Positions 24,746-33,269 of a DNA stretch of 54,154 nt are shown one piece after another. The notes beneath the pieces are model-generated. The model was not told the origin of the DNA, searched no databases, and was given only the letters and a program-made list of their open reading frames with translations. The position numbers and the translations under genes were made by a program. This DNA comes from a virus: positions 1-54,154 of IMG/VR virus record IMGVR_UViG_3300009838_000002; one strand, given 5' to 3'. The stretch's first letter is position 1. The number at the start of each line of letters is the position of its first letter.

Positions 24746-24774
24746 TTGACATTATAATTGACATATGCTATAAT
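24746..24774 (+). promoter_or_regulatory. Perfect consensus early promoter TTGACA-N17-TGcTATAAT
   Basis: -35 at 24746-24751 and -10 at 24769-24774 with an upstream TG; embedded in duplicated TATAATTGAC (24753-62 and 24769-78); followed by GGCTAGAGGCA at 24785-24795. Confidence 0.75.
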
Positions 24775-24814
24775 TGACTCATCAGGCTAGAGGCAACAGA
24801 GAGGAGGCGAGATC

Positions 24815-25438
24815 ATGCGGACGAGAGAAGGCAAGGCTTCCGGGACACAGGCTCCCGACGGAAATCCCGGCAATCCCGGCACCAGCGGCACCGTGACGCT
24901 TTCCTCCGGCGGGGCGGCCACGCAGATCGCGCCCATTACCGCCGCAAACCTCCTGCTCCTCGGGTCGGGCGCTTTCACACTCACCGATTCATCCAACGGA
25001 ATTGACACACTGGCCGCCAACATGACCGGATCCGGTTCCTTAAGCTTCACCGGCGGCACCGACTTAGAAGTGGGAACTGTCGGGAGCACCACCGGAATCA
25101 CGACCGCCGGGGGGGCGGTAAGCATGGAAACTGCCGGGACTTTGACGGTCAATAGTTCCATTAACACAAGCGCCGCCTACGGAGGAGATCTCCTCTGTGG
25201 CGGGGCGGTCAATATTTCGGCTGCTGGGGATGTGGCCATTCATGAAGGAATATATACCAACGGCGGCGGCAGGGACGATATCTGGGGAGGAAGCGGGGCC
25301 GGAGGCAGTATATCGATCTCGGCTGCCGGCGGAGGGAACATTGAAATAACCGGCGCCATTACCACGAACGGCGGCACCGGCGGCTGGTACGGCGGCGGCG
25401 GATGGGATAGACTTCGGGACTTAGCCGGCGGGCTCTAA
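24815..25438 (+). CDS. Gly/Thr/Ala-rich beta-helix-like repeat protein (207 aa), first early gene
   Basis: GGAGG RBS; repeats such as GGAVNISAAGDVAI and GGSISISAAGGGNIEITGAITTNGG; no signal peptide seen. Confidence 0.6.
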   Translation: MRTREGKASGTQAPDGNPGNPGTSGTVTLSSGGAATQIAPITAANLLLLGSGAFTLTDSSNGIDTLAANMTGSGSLSFTGGTDLEVGTVGSTTGITTAGGAVSMETAGTLTVNSSINTSAAYGGDLLCGGAVNISAAGDVAIHEGIYTNGGGRDDIWGGSGAGGSISISAAGGGNIEITGAITTNGGTGGWYGGGGWDRLRDLAGGL

Positions 25439-25457
25439 GCGCAGAAGGAGGAGAAGT

Positions 25458-25724
25458 ATGCTAACATATTTTGATCATGGCTTCATAGACGCCAAAACAG
25501 GCGGCAGGCTTTCCAAGCTGGGACAGTGCTTCATGTCCGTTGCCGAGGTGGAAGAATACGGGAACGGCTTTATAGCTGGCGGCAGCGGGCGGACCCTGGA
25601 AGAGGCCAGGTCCATGCGTCGGACACAGCTTGCAAGAGGCGAGAGAACGCGGCTAACGTGGGACGCGATCCGGTTCGGCTATCCCGGCGAGAAACTGCCC
25701 GTTTCCATTGCCCGTAATATATAG
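25458..25724 (+). CDS. Hypothetical early protein (88 aa)
   Basis: GAAGGAGGAG RBS then ATG. Confidence 0.6.
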   Translation: MLTYFDHGFIDAKTGGRLSKLGQCFMSVAEVEEYGNGFIAGGSGRTLEEARSMRRTQLARGERTRLTWDAIRFGYPGEKLPVSIARNI

Positions 25725-25895
25725 AGGAAGGATCATAATTAACCGAACAGACTTTCGCCTTTTGTCGGCTGAGGCGAAGATCAAGACAGGAAGCCGACTT
25801 CCCGAAAAGGCGGTGCTAAGAAACGCCGGGCCGGGAACTTTAACCGGGGCTAAAAGGAGGTTCGCAGACTCCAAATTTTCCACGCCCTAAAACTC

Positions 25896-26153
25896 TTGAC
25901 AAAACACGAAAGGAGGCGAATTTATGTCTCTTCTGGCCCACAAATCCGCCGGCCAACATCGGCGCGTGACTGCCGCGAATGGCTAGAGGCTGAACTTGAC
26001 GCCCAGGGCGAAAAGGCCGTCCATAACAGGTATGGTGGCGTTGACGGTGGCCTAAAGGCTGTCATCGAGACTTACGGAGAAATGATGTTCTCCCTCGGCA
26101 GAGACGACGCAAGGACCGCTTCGCTGCCGGATTCCTCTCTCAGAAGGAAATAG
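25896..26153 (+). CDS. Hypothetical protein; start unresolved
   Basis: The ORF opens with TTG and no SD, while the good GGAGG-N7-ATG at 25924 is in another frame and stops after 20 codons. Confidence 0.3.
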   Translation: MTKHERRRIYVSSGPQIRRPTSARDCREWLEAELDAQGEKAVHNRYGGVDGGLKAVIETYGEMMFSLGRDDARTASLPDSSLRRK

Positions 26154-26161
26154 AGGAGTGC

Positions 26162-26476
26162 ATGAAGGCCGAGGCTTTCGCGATCCTGGCCAACGAGGCG
26201 CCCTACCAAAAACTCAAGGCCGCCGACATCTGCACCTGCGAATACCGGGAGGACGACTCCTGCGGCGTAGAATTCTCCTCTGGTCCGGCGGAGTCCGTGA
26301 CGGCGGAACAGTGGGACGAGATCCAGAGGATCAAGGCGCTCCTTCCTGGCTCCGAGGTGCGGCTCTTCTGGCACCAGGGCGAGGGCCAGGACTGCGAGAA
26401 TCTCGTCACCGCATATTCCTACGAGGTCAAGATCCAGGTCGGATCCTACGAATTCGTGAAGCACCTGAACGCATAA
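26162..26476 (+). CDS. Hypothetical acidic early protein (104 aa)
   Basis: GAGGAG RBS then ATG; ORF track. Confidence 0.6.
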   Translation: MKAEAFAILANEAPYQKLKAADICTCEYREDDSCGVEFSSGPAESVTAEQWDEIQRIKALLPGSEVRLFWHQGEGQDCENLVTAYSYEVKIQVGSYEFVKHLNA

Positions 26477-26486
26477 CAAGAAAGGG

Positions 26487-26514
26487 GGCCGGGCTGGCTT
26501 CGGCTGGCCCGGCC
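26487..26514 (+). promoter_or_regulatory. Stable 12-bp GC-rich stem capped by a UUCG tetraloop
   Basis: GGCCGGGCTGGC-TTCG-GCTGGCCCGGCC (two G-U pairs); no U-tract follows. Confidence 0.55.
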
Positions 26515-26537
26515 AAGAAGAGAGAGGAGGAAGGGAA

Positions 26538-26789
26538 GTGTTTCTAACCGCGATTTGTAAAGACGGAGAGAAGCAAGTTTACTTTGACACAGATTCCAAA
26601 AACTATTATCCAGAGGCAGGAATTTATTTCCCCTCTGAGGAGAGCTACGGAATCAAGGGAAATTTAATCTTGCTAGTCCACGCAGGAGGCCCAGAAATTT
26701 GGGCCGAAGAAATTACAGCCCAACAAGCAAAAAATATCATAGATAAGATCACGTCCTTGCTGGCAGAAGCAATGGGGAAAATCGCATGA
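26538..26789 (+). CDS. Hypothetical protein (83 aa)
   Basis: GTG start after GAGGAGGAAGGGAA. Confidence 0.55.
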   Translation: MFLTAICKDGEKQVYFDTDSKNYYPEAGIYFPSEESYGIKGNLILLVHAGGPEIWAEEITAQQAKNIIDKITSLLAEAMGKIA

Positions 26790-26829
26790 AGGCCCTAAGC
26801 GTCAGGCAGAAAAAGAAGGAGGCTAAATT

Positions 26830-27318
26830 ATGAAAACTCTCTCGGCAGAACTCCTGCGAGGGCAGGAGATAACCTGGTGCCACCCCGGAGAAAGCGTCGG
26901 CGTGATGCAAGGCATGGCCCTGAACAAGCTGAACCAGCTTTACCCGACGAAGAAGCCTGCAAGGTGCGGGTATTTCCTCTACTCTCCGGGGATCAATTCG
27001 GATCCCTTGGGGCTGGCTGAAGCCTGCTACTACCTGATCGAAAGAAAAGTTACCCCGGATGCAGGAGGCCCGGCGCGGCCCTGTCTGGTGGCTTTTCGGG
27101 AAGATGGAGACGCCATCGCGGGAGCGGCTATCTTCGAGGGATCGGACTGCTTGGAGGAGTATGAGATCGTCGAGGTTCCCGGCGGCGCTTTCTACGTCTC
27201 GCAGGTTGGGAATATTTACACCCGCGAGGGGGCACTTGTGGCATCCTGCGGCACGGTCGAGGCGGCGCGTAAGCATATTGAAGAAAAGCTCACTGTTTGG
27301 CAGGGGGTGAGGACGTGA
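26830..27318 (+). CDS. Hypothetical protein (162 aa)
   Basis: AGGAGG RBS then ATG; ORF track. Confidence 0.6.
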   Translation: MKTLSAELLRGQEITWCHPGESVGVMQGMALNKLNQLYPTKKPARCGYFLYSPGINSDPLGLAEACYYLIERKVTPDAGGPARPCLVAFREDGDAIAGAAIFEGSDCLEEYEIVEVPGGAFYVSQVGNIYTREGALVASCGTVEAARKHIEEKLTVWQGVRT

Positions 27319-28391
27319 AAACCTACACCTATGGGGAGAGGCTGAGGGCGCCGGAGTGTTTCAAGGCAAGGAAAGACTGCAAGGCCGTTCTCGTCGAACC
27401 CGCCAAAGAAGGTTTCTTTCAGGCGGCAGACGGGAAAGCCTACGCCGTAACCCCTGACGGGCTGAAAGCCATCTCGGACATTCCGCCGGACATCGAACCG
27501 ATCTCAGAGGCTTTCGCCCGTTCGGCTTTCTCTTGGAACTCGATGGATCCGGAGAAACGCGGCAGGCAGGTTGCCAGAGAATACGAGGAAACCCTCCGGG
27601 AGGACTGGAGAAACCTTTTCAAACATGCCGACAGCCCGGAGAAGATCGCCATATTAAAAGAGGAATTTTCCCGCTACCAGGCAGGCTACCGAACCCGATA
27701 CCTGAAATGGCTCTCTTCTTTGTCTCGCTGTGCGTCGGCTTTCGTGACTGGTGGAAGCAATTTCCCGGCCCGGCAGATGGAGAAACGAAATGACATCGAA
27801 CACCGGCGATCCGTGGAGTATATGGAGTATAGGGAGCGAGCCCTGGACGCCATCAGGAAGGCCCTCCATCCAGAGTTAAGGCCCATTATGGCGGGTGACT
27901 CTGACGCCTGCGCCAGACTCCGAGAAAAGATCGCCAAGGCCGAAGAACTACAGGAGAAAATGAGGGCCGTCAACAAGTGCGTGAAACGCAAGAAGGGAGG
28001 CCCGGATCTGGATGGGCTTCGGGCAATGGGATACTCTGAGAAGACTATCGAGAGACTTCTTGAGCCCGACGAACTCAGGCGGATCGGCTATCCCGACTAT
28101 GAATTAACAAACAATACCGCCAACATTCGCCGGATGAAACTACGCCTGGAGAAGATCGAGCGGGACCAAGCCGCAGAATTTACCACCGAGGAGAGGGAGA
28201 ACGCCATCCTGGAGGACTGCCCGGCAGACAACAGGATCAAGCTGTTCTTTGGTGGGATCCCGTCGGTTGAAGTGCGGACGAAGCTGAAGAGAAACGGGTT
28301 TCGCTGGACGCCCTCCGGCGGGTATTGGGGGGCATATCGGAACTACAATTCAGCGCAGACGGCGAAGGAGATCGCGGGAGAATTGAAATGA
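27315..28391 (+). CDS. DUF3560-like protein (358 aa)
   Basis: GTGA overlap start; motifs YELTNNTANIRRMKLRLEKIE and C-terminal LKRNGFRWTPSGGYWGAY, recalled from DUF3560-type proteins. Confidence 0.45.
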   Translation: MKTYTYGERLRAPECFKARKDCKAVLVEPAKEGFFQAADGKAYAVTPDGLKAISDIPPDIEPISEAFARSAFSWNSMDPEKRGRQVAREYEETLREDWRNLFKHADSPEKIAILKEEFSRYQAGYRTRYLKWLSSLSRCASAFVTGGSNFPARQMEKRNDIEHRRSVEYMEYRERALDAIRKALHPELRPIMAGDSDACARLREKIAKAEELQEKMRAVNKCVKRKKGGPDLDGLRAMGYSEKTIERLLEPDELRRIGYPDYELTNNTANIRRMKLRLEKIERDQAAEFTTEERENAILEDCPADNRIKLFFGGIPSVEVRTKLKRNGFRWTPSGGYWGAYRNYNSAQTAKEIAGELK

Positions 28392-29980
28392 TCGGCACCC
28401 GCTTTTTCCTCGAACTCTCCGGCGGCCAGGTGCAGGTTCGCTTCGACGCCGACCCGTTTACGGCCGGAACCGTCGCGAAGATCAAAGGGGCGGTTCAATG
28501 GTCAGACTGCTGGACTGTGCCCCTTTCGCGCGTCCGAGAAGTCACGACAAAGGAACAATACGGAGCGGAGATCGTCCTCGGGCCTAAACTTCAGGCCTTT
28601 ATGCGGAAGGGTGGCCGCGAGGAGGTTGATCTTTCTGGTTATTCCTTCGTTTTTCAACCGTATTCTCATCAGATCTCCGGAATTAGCTATTTATTGACTC
28701 GACGAAAGTTCGGACTTTTCGACGAGATGGGTTTAGGGAAAACGCTTCAGGTATTGGCGGCCTTCGACATCCTGCGAAGCAGGGGAAAGGCGTCCAGGCT
28801 TCTTGTGGTATGTCCTAAGACTGCGAGGAAGCATTGGGCGAAGGAGATCAAGAAACACACGCCGCACCTGTCCTTTTCTTTTTTTCCAAAAATAGAGGCC
28901 GAAGTTATACTCATAAATTATGACATCTTGGCCCGCATGGAGCCCATCTGGGGCGCTGTTCTGGTGGCAGACGAAGCCCATAAGATCAAGAACCCGCAGG
29001 CCCAGAGGACGAAAGCCTTCCTGCGCCATGCCGAGGCCGCCTCTCGCGTCTGGCTTGTCACCGGAACCCCGATGAGCAACAAGCCCGAGAGTCTTTATGT
29101 TCCCCTTCGGATCCTGGATCCCATCATGGCTGGGGATGAAGCCTTCTTCCTTGGTAGATACACGATCCAAGAGAAGAAACATTACGCCTCGGGATACAAG
29201 CGGTTGGATGAACTGCGGGAGATCGTCTCCTCTGTTTCGATCCGCCGGCTGAAAAAAGACTGCCTTGATCTCCCACCAATAGTCCGAAAGGCACAATACA
29301 TCGAACTTGAAGGAGATCAACTCGAAGCCTACCGACACATGAACGCGTTCTTTCATGCCGAGGTTGAAAGAACTTCTCAGGAGAAGATACTTGTCCGGGC
29401 GCCTCAATTCCTGGCCCGAATGACTAGACTCAGACAGATCGCGGCGCATCATCAGCTTCTCACTGGAGAGGTTTCCGGGCCCGTCTCAAAGGTTCTGGCC
29501 CTGGATGAACTCCTCGAAGACATCCTGGGAAACGGCGGGCAGGCCGTGGTTTCAACCTGCTACCGAGAGATGAATAAATACCTGGCCCGACGATACAACG
29601 CCGCCTCTCTCCACGGCGGGACCACCGAGAGACAGAGGGCGAAGAGGATCGAGGACTTCCAGGCCGGGATCATTCCTCTGCTTGTAATTCACCCCGAAGT
29701 TGGCGGAATTTCCGTGGATTTGACAAATGCCGCAATTTTGATAAACTACGATAAGGGGTTCTCGTATTCCGAGTGGCTACAAGCAGCCGGCAGAATTCAC
29801 CGCATCGGGCAGAATAAAACCTGCGTCGTGATGGACTTGATCGCGGAAGGAACGATGGATGAGTATATCAACGAGGTTTTGGACTGGAAAGCGTTTCTTG
29901 AGGGGAAGGTGATGAATGAACGAGAAATTACGGAGAAAGTTCTGGATCGAGACAGACTACTCGAATTTTTAAGGAGGTAA
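28388..29980 (+). CDS. SNF2-family helicase (530 aa)
   Basis: ATGA overlap start; DEMGLGKT (motif I), VADEAHKIKN (motif II), later GGISVDLT and AAGRIHRIGQ. Confidence 0.8.
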   Translation: MIGTRFFLELSGGQVQVRFDADPFTAGTVAKIKGAVQWSDCWTVPLSRVREVTTKEQYGAEIVLGPKLQAFMRKGGREEVDLSGYSFVFQPYSHQISGISYLLTRRKFGLFDEMGLGKTLQVLAAFDILRSRGKASRLLVVCPKTARKHWAKEIKKHTPHLSFSFFPKIEAEVILINYDILARMEPIWGAVLVADEAHKIKNPQAQRTKAFLRHAEAASRVWLVTGTPMSNKPESLYVPLRILDPIMAGDEAFFLGRYTIQEKKHYASGYKRLDELREIVSSVSIRRLKKDCLDLPPIVRKAQYIELEGDQLEAYRHMNAFFHAEVERTSQEKILVRAPQFLARMTRLRQIAAHHQLLTGEVSGPVSKVLALDELLEDILGNGGQAVVSTCYREMNKYLARRYNAASLHGGTTERQRAKRIEDFQAGIIPLLVIHPEVGGISVDLTNAAILINYDKGFSYSEWLQAAGRIHRIGQNKTCVVMDLIAEGTMDEYINEVLDWKAFLEGKVMNEREITEKVLDRDRLLEFLRR

Positions 29981-29982
29981 AG

Positions 29983-30261
29983 ATGGCTTATAGAGAAATT
30001 AAAGAGGCCGTTGATGCGGCAAGAAGAGAGTTCGACGCTTGGAGCGAAGAGATCGAATTAAAGCTAGGGAAATGGGGCTTAAAAGGGAAATGTCGTGCGA
30101 TCAATGGCACAATAATTTTGATGTGGACTACAATGGAGCATGTGCAGGCAGTTGAGGAAAGAATCGAGAAGATCGAAAAAGAAGCGGAGCTGCTCGAAGA
30201 GCGGCTATCTGCCTTGGAAGCCTCCTGGAATCAAGGTAAGATAAAATCGTTGAATTTTTAA
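29983..30261 (+). CDS. Hypothetical coiled-coil protein (92 aa), bracketed by 15-nt direct repeats
   Basis: GAATTTTTAAGGAGG at 29963-29977 and 30252-30266. Confidence 0.6.
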   Translation: MAYREIKEAVDAARREFDAWSEEIELKLGKWGLKGKCRAINGTIILMWTTMEHVQAVEERIEKIEKEAELLEERLSALEASWNQGKIKSLNF

Positions 30262-30276
30262 GGAGGACATGCGTTT

Positions 30277-30612
30277 ATGACAAAAGCAGAAGAGCTTTTT
30301 GAGAGGCAAACCAAAAAGATCGAAAGATGGGTCAAAAAAGAAAGACAGAAAGCGCCTCAATGGGTTGTCGAATTTTGGAGAGAATTAGAGAAAAAAGAAA
30401 AGACATTATTCAGCCGCATAGATGAATTCCCGCAAGAACTCACAAAAAGGGTAACGCTCCTTGAGAATCAAGTCAAGGACGCAGTTTTATGGGAGAGGCT
30501 CAGAAGGATCGAGAAGGCTCTTAACTTAACAAAACTAACTCCCAAGAAAAAAGAACAACTGAGAAAATTATTCAAGTTCATAAAATTGGCGCAACAGGAG
30601 GGGGTCTTATGA
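30277..30612 (+). CDS. Hypothetical K/E-rich coiled-coil protein (111 aa)
   Basis: AGGAGG RBS; ORF track. Confidence 0.6.
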   Translation: MTKAEELFERQTKKIERWVKKERQKAPQWVVEFWRELEKKEKTLFSRIDEFPQELTKRVTLLENQVKDAVLWERLRRIEKALNLTKLTPKKKEQLRKLFKFIKLAQQEGVL

Positions 30613-31010
30613 CAAAAGAATTTGTGCAAATGCTTAAACTCGCCGACAGCCTGGGGGTGGACGTGAAAGACGAACTCCCCGAGGCCGTGGCCCAAATGGA
30701 AACCGTAAAGGAACTGGAAGACGAAGAACTGCCGATCCTCTTCCAGGTGAAACGGCAGACAACGGTTCTCATGCACGTCCTTCAGGCTCTCAAAGACCTG
30801 CAAAGAGAGATCGCAAATACAAACCTCGTCCTAGAAACCCCCCATTACCCCACTCCTCCCTCTTCGGACGCATTAAGGGCCGCATACCTATTCAAGGAGC
30901 TTTCTGAAGCCAAGGTCAAGGCTTGTGGAGGACAAGGCGCGGCCATCCAGGGGATCATTGATCTGCGAGAGCTTGACTGCAAGGTGCCGGAGGTGATGCA
31001 ATTATGCTGA
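30609..31010 (+). CDS. Hypothetical protein (133 aa)
   Basis: ATGA overlap start; ORF track. Confidence 0.55.
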   Translation: MTKEFVQMLKLADSLGVDVKDELPEAVAQMETVKELEDEELPILFQVKRQTTVLMHVLQALKDLQREIANTNLVLETPHYPTPPSSDALRAAYLFKELSEAKVKACGGQGAAIQGIIDLRELDCKVPEVMQLC

Positions 31011-31306
31011 AACATTCGCCAGGCTGGGGCGGGGCGAGGCCGAGAAAGAGACTTCCCGGGTATTGGGAGGTTGAGGATCCCATCGTAAAAAGGACGGGCA
31101 AGAAGTCGGCCGTCCATTACTATCCCAAACAGGAAATTGTTTCCCTGGCCGCAAACGTGGAATACGAAGGCGTCTGTGTGTATTCAAGAAATAAAGCCTG
31201 TGTGTCCAAGGCCGCCTTGTTGGAATACCCGGAGGCCCTGCTTTTTCTGCGAGATTTATTCGAGCTTTGGGCTCAAGAGCTTCCGCGAAAGAAGGAATCA
31301 AAATGA
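31004..31306 (+). CDS. Hypothetical protein (100 aa)
   Basis: ORF track; overlaps the upstream gene by 7 nt. Confidence 0.5.
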   Translation: MLKHSPGWGGARPRKRLPGYWEVEDPIVKRTGKKSAVHYYPKQEIVSLAANVEYEGVCVYSRNKACVSKAALLEYPEALLFLRDLFELWAQELPRKKESK

Positions 31307-31554
31307 AACCAGAGATAGTAAAGCCGGAAAAGGTAGAGCTTGAAATGGTAACAGGAAAGTTCATCCGGGCCGTCCGCAAGAGGTTCCGGTTAACTCAGGG
31401 ACAATTTGCCAAGGAGCTAGGTTTGCACCTATGGCAAATATACCGTATGGAAAAATACGGCAAGAAGATCCCTCGCGTTCATCTTTCAACAAGGATCGTC
31501 CTGCTGAAGGGTCTTTTTGACCTGATGAAAAAATACAAGAACCTTAAAAATTGA
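31303..31554 (+). CDS. XRE-family helix-turn-helix regulator (83 aa)
   Basis: ATGA overlap start; IRAVRKRFRLTQGQFAKELGLHLWQIYRMEKYGKKIP. Confidence 0.65.
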   Translation: MKPEIVKPEKVELEMVTGKFIRAVRKRFRLTQGQFAKELGLHLWQIYRMEKYGKKIPRVHLSTRIVLLKGLFDLMKKYKNLKN

Positions 31555-31683
31555 TAGCCCGCCTTCCCGGCCGTCTGCCCTGGCGCCGTTCAGTTTCTCT
31601 GCGTAGAGTCGCTGAAGATCACTTGTCCCTAACTTCTGAAGCGGGATCCTTCCGATAGTGGGGATCAGGTGCAAGGTATAACT
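31552..31683 (-). pseudogene. Remnant of a tyrosine integrase (N-terminal core-binding segment only)
   Basis: SYTLHLIPTIGRIPLQKLGTSDLQRLYAEKLNGARADGREGGLS, with a stop upstream. The reading frame then runs into the antisense of the HTH gene, and no catalytic domain is present anywhere in the genome. Confidence 0.6.
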
Positions 31684-31834
31684 TTATGCCATGTTCGTCC
31701 ATAATTTTTCTGACAAGCAAAGCCGGCCCGCTGTTCGGAACGCCTTTGTAAAGAGCTAAGATAGGCATAATATCAGTATTCACCCCCATTCAAAACATTC
31801 CTTCGGCATGGATAAAAATATTTTCCGCAAGGGC

Positions 31835-31863
31835 TTGACAAAGTAAAAGGGATCCGTTACAAT
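31835..31863 (+). promoter_or_regulatory. Sigma70-type promoter TTGACA-N17-TACAAT
   Basis: -35 at 31835-31840 and -10 at 31858-31863; 37 nt upstream of the ATG at 31900. Confidence 0.6.
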
Positions 31864-31899
31864 AAGGTTACGGAAGTTATAGGAAGGGACGAAAGCAGA

Positions 31900-32187
31900 A
31901 TGGAAAACCATATCAGCAAAAACGCGCCAAAAGGAATTTCCGACGACATCATACGCCATATCTATGAAGCCATGTATAAGCAACAGGGAAAAACCCTGGA
32001 AGAATGCGGCGCGGAAATAGGGCTGACGAAGCAGGGAATTAAATATCGCTTCAAAGCATTGGGGCTTGAAACTCGTCAGGTTCACTGGGACTTCCTTGCC
32101 GGGAGGAAGTCTTGCCCTCCCGGCGGGGCTCCTAATTCTAATGTAGCACAGTTCGCAGACTTTGTGTCGGAAAGGAAAAGTTTGTGA
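31900..32187 (+). CDS. Putative HTH DNA-binding protein (95 aa)
   Basis: GKTLEECGAEIGLTKQGIKYRFKALG resembles a helix-turn-helix; first gene after the promoter. Confidence 0.45.
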   Translation: MENHISKNAPKGISDDIIRHIYEAMYKQQGKTLEECGAEIGLTKQGIKYRFKALGLETRQVHWDFLAGRKSCPPGGAPNSNVAQFADFVSERKSL

Positions 32188-32732
32188 ACATCGAGATCGC
32201 AAGAATAAAAATAGGCCCTCGCTTTCGGCAGGATCTTGGGAGCATCGAAGCCCTCGCCGCCTCCATTTCAGAGGTGGGCCTGCTTCATCCTGTAGTCCTC
32301 ACAAAAGACGGAACCCTAATTGCCGGGAAGCGCCGGATCGAAGCCGCTAAAACCTTGGGATGGACGGAGATCCCGGCAACCATGATCGACCTGAAGGAGA
32401 TCGTTAAGGGAGAATTCGCGGAGAATGTGGCCCGAAAGGACTTCGCATCTTCTGAGGCGTGGGCCATCGCGCAGGCGATAGAACCAGAACTTAAAGAGCA
32501 GGCAAGGGAAAGGCAGGCTACTTCGACGGGCGGAGTCACTCCTCAGCTTAAGGAAAATTTCCTGAAGCTGGACAAAGGACAGACCCGCGATCAAGTGGCC
32601 CGCTTCGTGGGCATAAGCGGAAGGACTTTAGACAAGGCTCGAGCCGTCGTAGAAGCGGCAAAAGAGGATCCCGAGAAGTTCGGCCCCGTCGTTGAGGAAA
32701 TGGACAGGACGGGCAAAGGGGATCGTTGTTGA
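32184..32732 (+). CDS. ParB-like nuclease-domain protein (182 aa)
   Basis: GLLHPVVLTKDGTLIAGKRRIEAAKTLGW (ParB/Srx N-terminal motif); GTGA overlap start. Confidence 0.7.
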   Translation: MNIEIARIKIGPRFRQDLGSIEALAASISEVGLLHPVVLTKDGTLIAGKRRIEAAKTLGWTEIPATMIDLKEIVKGEFAENVARKDFASSEAWAIAQAIEPELKEQARERQATSTGGVTPQLKENFLKLDKGQTRDQVARFVGISGRTLDKARAVVEAAKEDPEKFGPVVEEMDRTGKGDRC

Positions 32733-32759
32733 AGAAGAAGAGGAATAGGAGGTGAGAGA

Positions 32760-32849
32760 GTGAGCTTATTTGACTGGGTAGTCGTGGGCTTCGCGATACT
32801 GGTTTGGGCCATCGCGACGCACCAGGAAAAGGAAAGCGGCCTTCTGTAG
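32760..32849 (+). CDS. Small membrane peptide (29 aa)
   Basis: AGGAGGTG RBS, then GTG; VSLFDWVVVGFAILVWAIATHQEKESGLL. The 3' end overlaps the hairpin GCGGCCT-N7-AGGCCGC (32836-32856). Confidence 0.4.
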   Translation: MSLFDWVVVGFAILVWAIATHQEKESGLL

Positions 32850-32878
32850 AGGCCGCAAAGAGAAAGGAGACAATTACC

Positions 32879-33064
32879 ATGAACAGTTTACCACAAACAT
32901 TCTGCGAAGTCAACCCCGAGAAGCCTGAAACAATACTCTCTGCCCTGAACGATCTCAACGAAATCGAACGCAAGCAAGAGCAGGCCGTCCGCAACATCTT
33001 GGGGCCATGCCTGCAAGCGCTGGACGACATCGAGAGAATCTTCTCGGGAGGCGTCCATGCGTAA
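32879..33064 (+). CDS. Hypothetical protein (61 aa)
   Basis: ATG at 32879 after AAGGAGA. Confidence 0.5.
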   Translation: MNSLPQTFCEVNPEKPETILSALNDLNEIERKQEQAVRNILGPCLQALDDIERIFSGGVHA

Positions 33065-33269
33065 AGAGGACGTAAGGATAGGCCACGTTTATGCCGTGAA
33101 AGTCTCCGGCAAGATCGTTCCCGTCCGCATAACCCGCAAGTCAGACATGGGCGGCTGGGTGGGCATAAGCCTTGAGACGGGCCGGGACGTGCGGATCAAG
33201 ACGGCGGGGAAGCTGAGAAGCGAAGTTTTTGTGGCGGAAAAGATCCTGTCAGAGAAGGAGGCCCAATGA
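33057..33269 (+). CDS. Hypothetical protein (70 aa)
   Basis: ORF track; overlaps its neighbours by a few nt. Confidence 0.5.
   Translation: MRKEDVRIGHVYAVKVSGKIVPVRITRKSDMGGWVGISLETGRDVRIKTAGKLRSEVFVAEKILSEKEAQ

Noticed and set aside
25845-25895. tRNA-like T-arm (GGAGGTTCGCAGACTCC followed by ..TTTTCCA)
   Set aside because: No complementary 5' acceptor strand and no D or anticodon arms could be found upstream, and the T-stem has a mismatch. I recognised no tRNA anywhere in the window.
28733-29452. 239-aa minus-strand ORF
   Set aside because: It is antisense to the SNF2 helicase, whose motifs fix the true frame.
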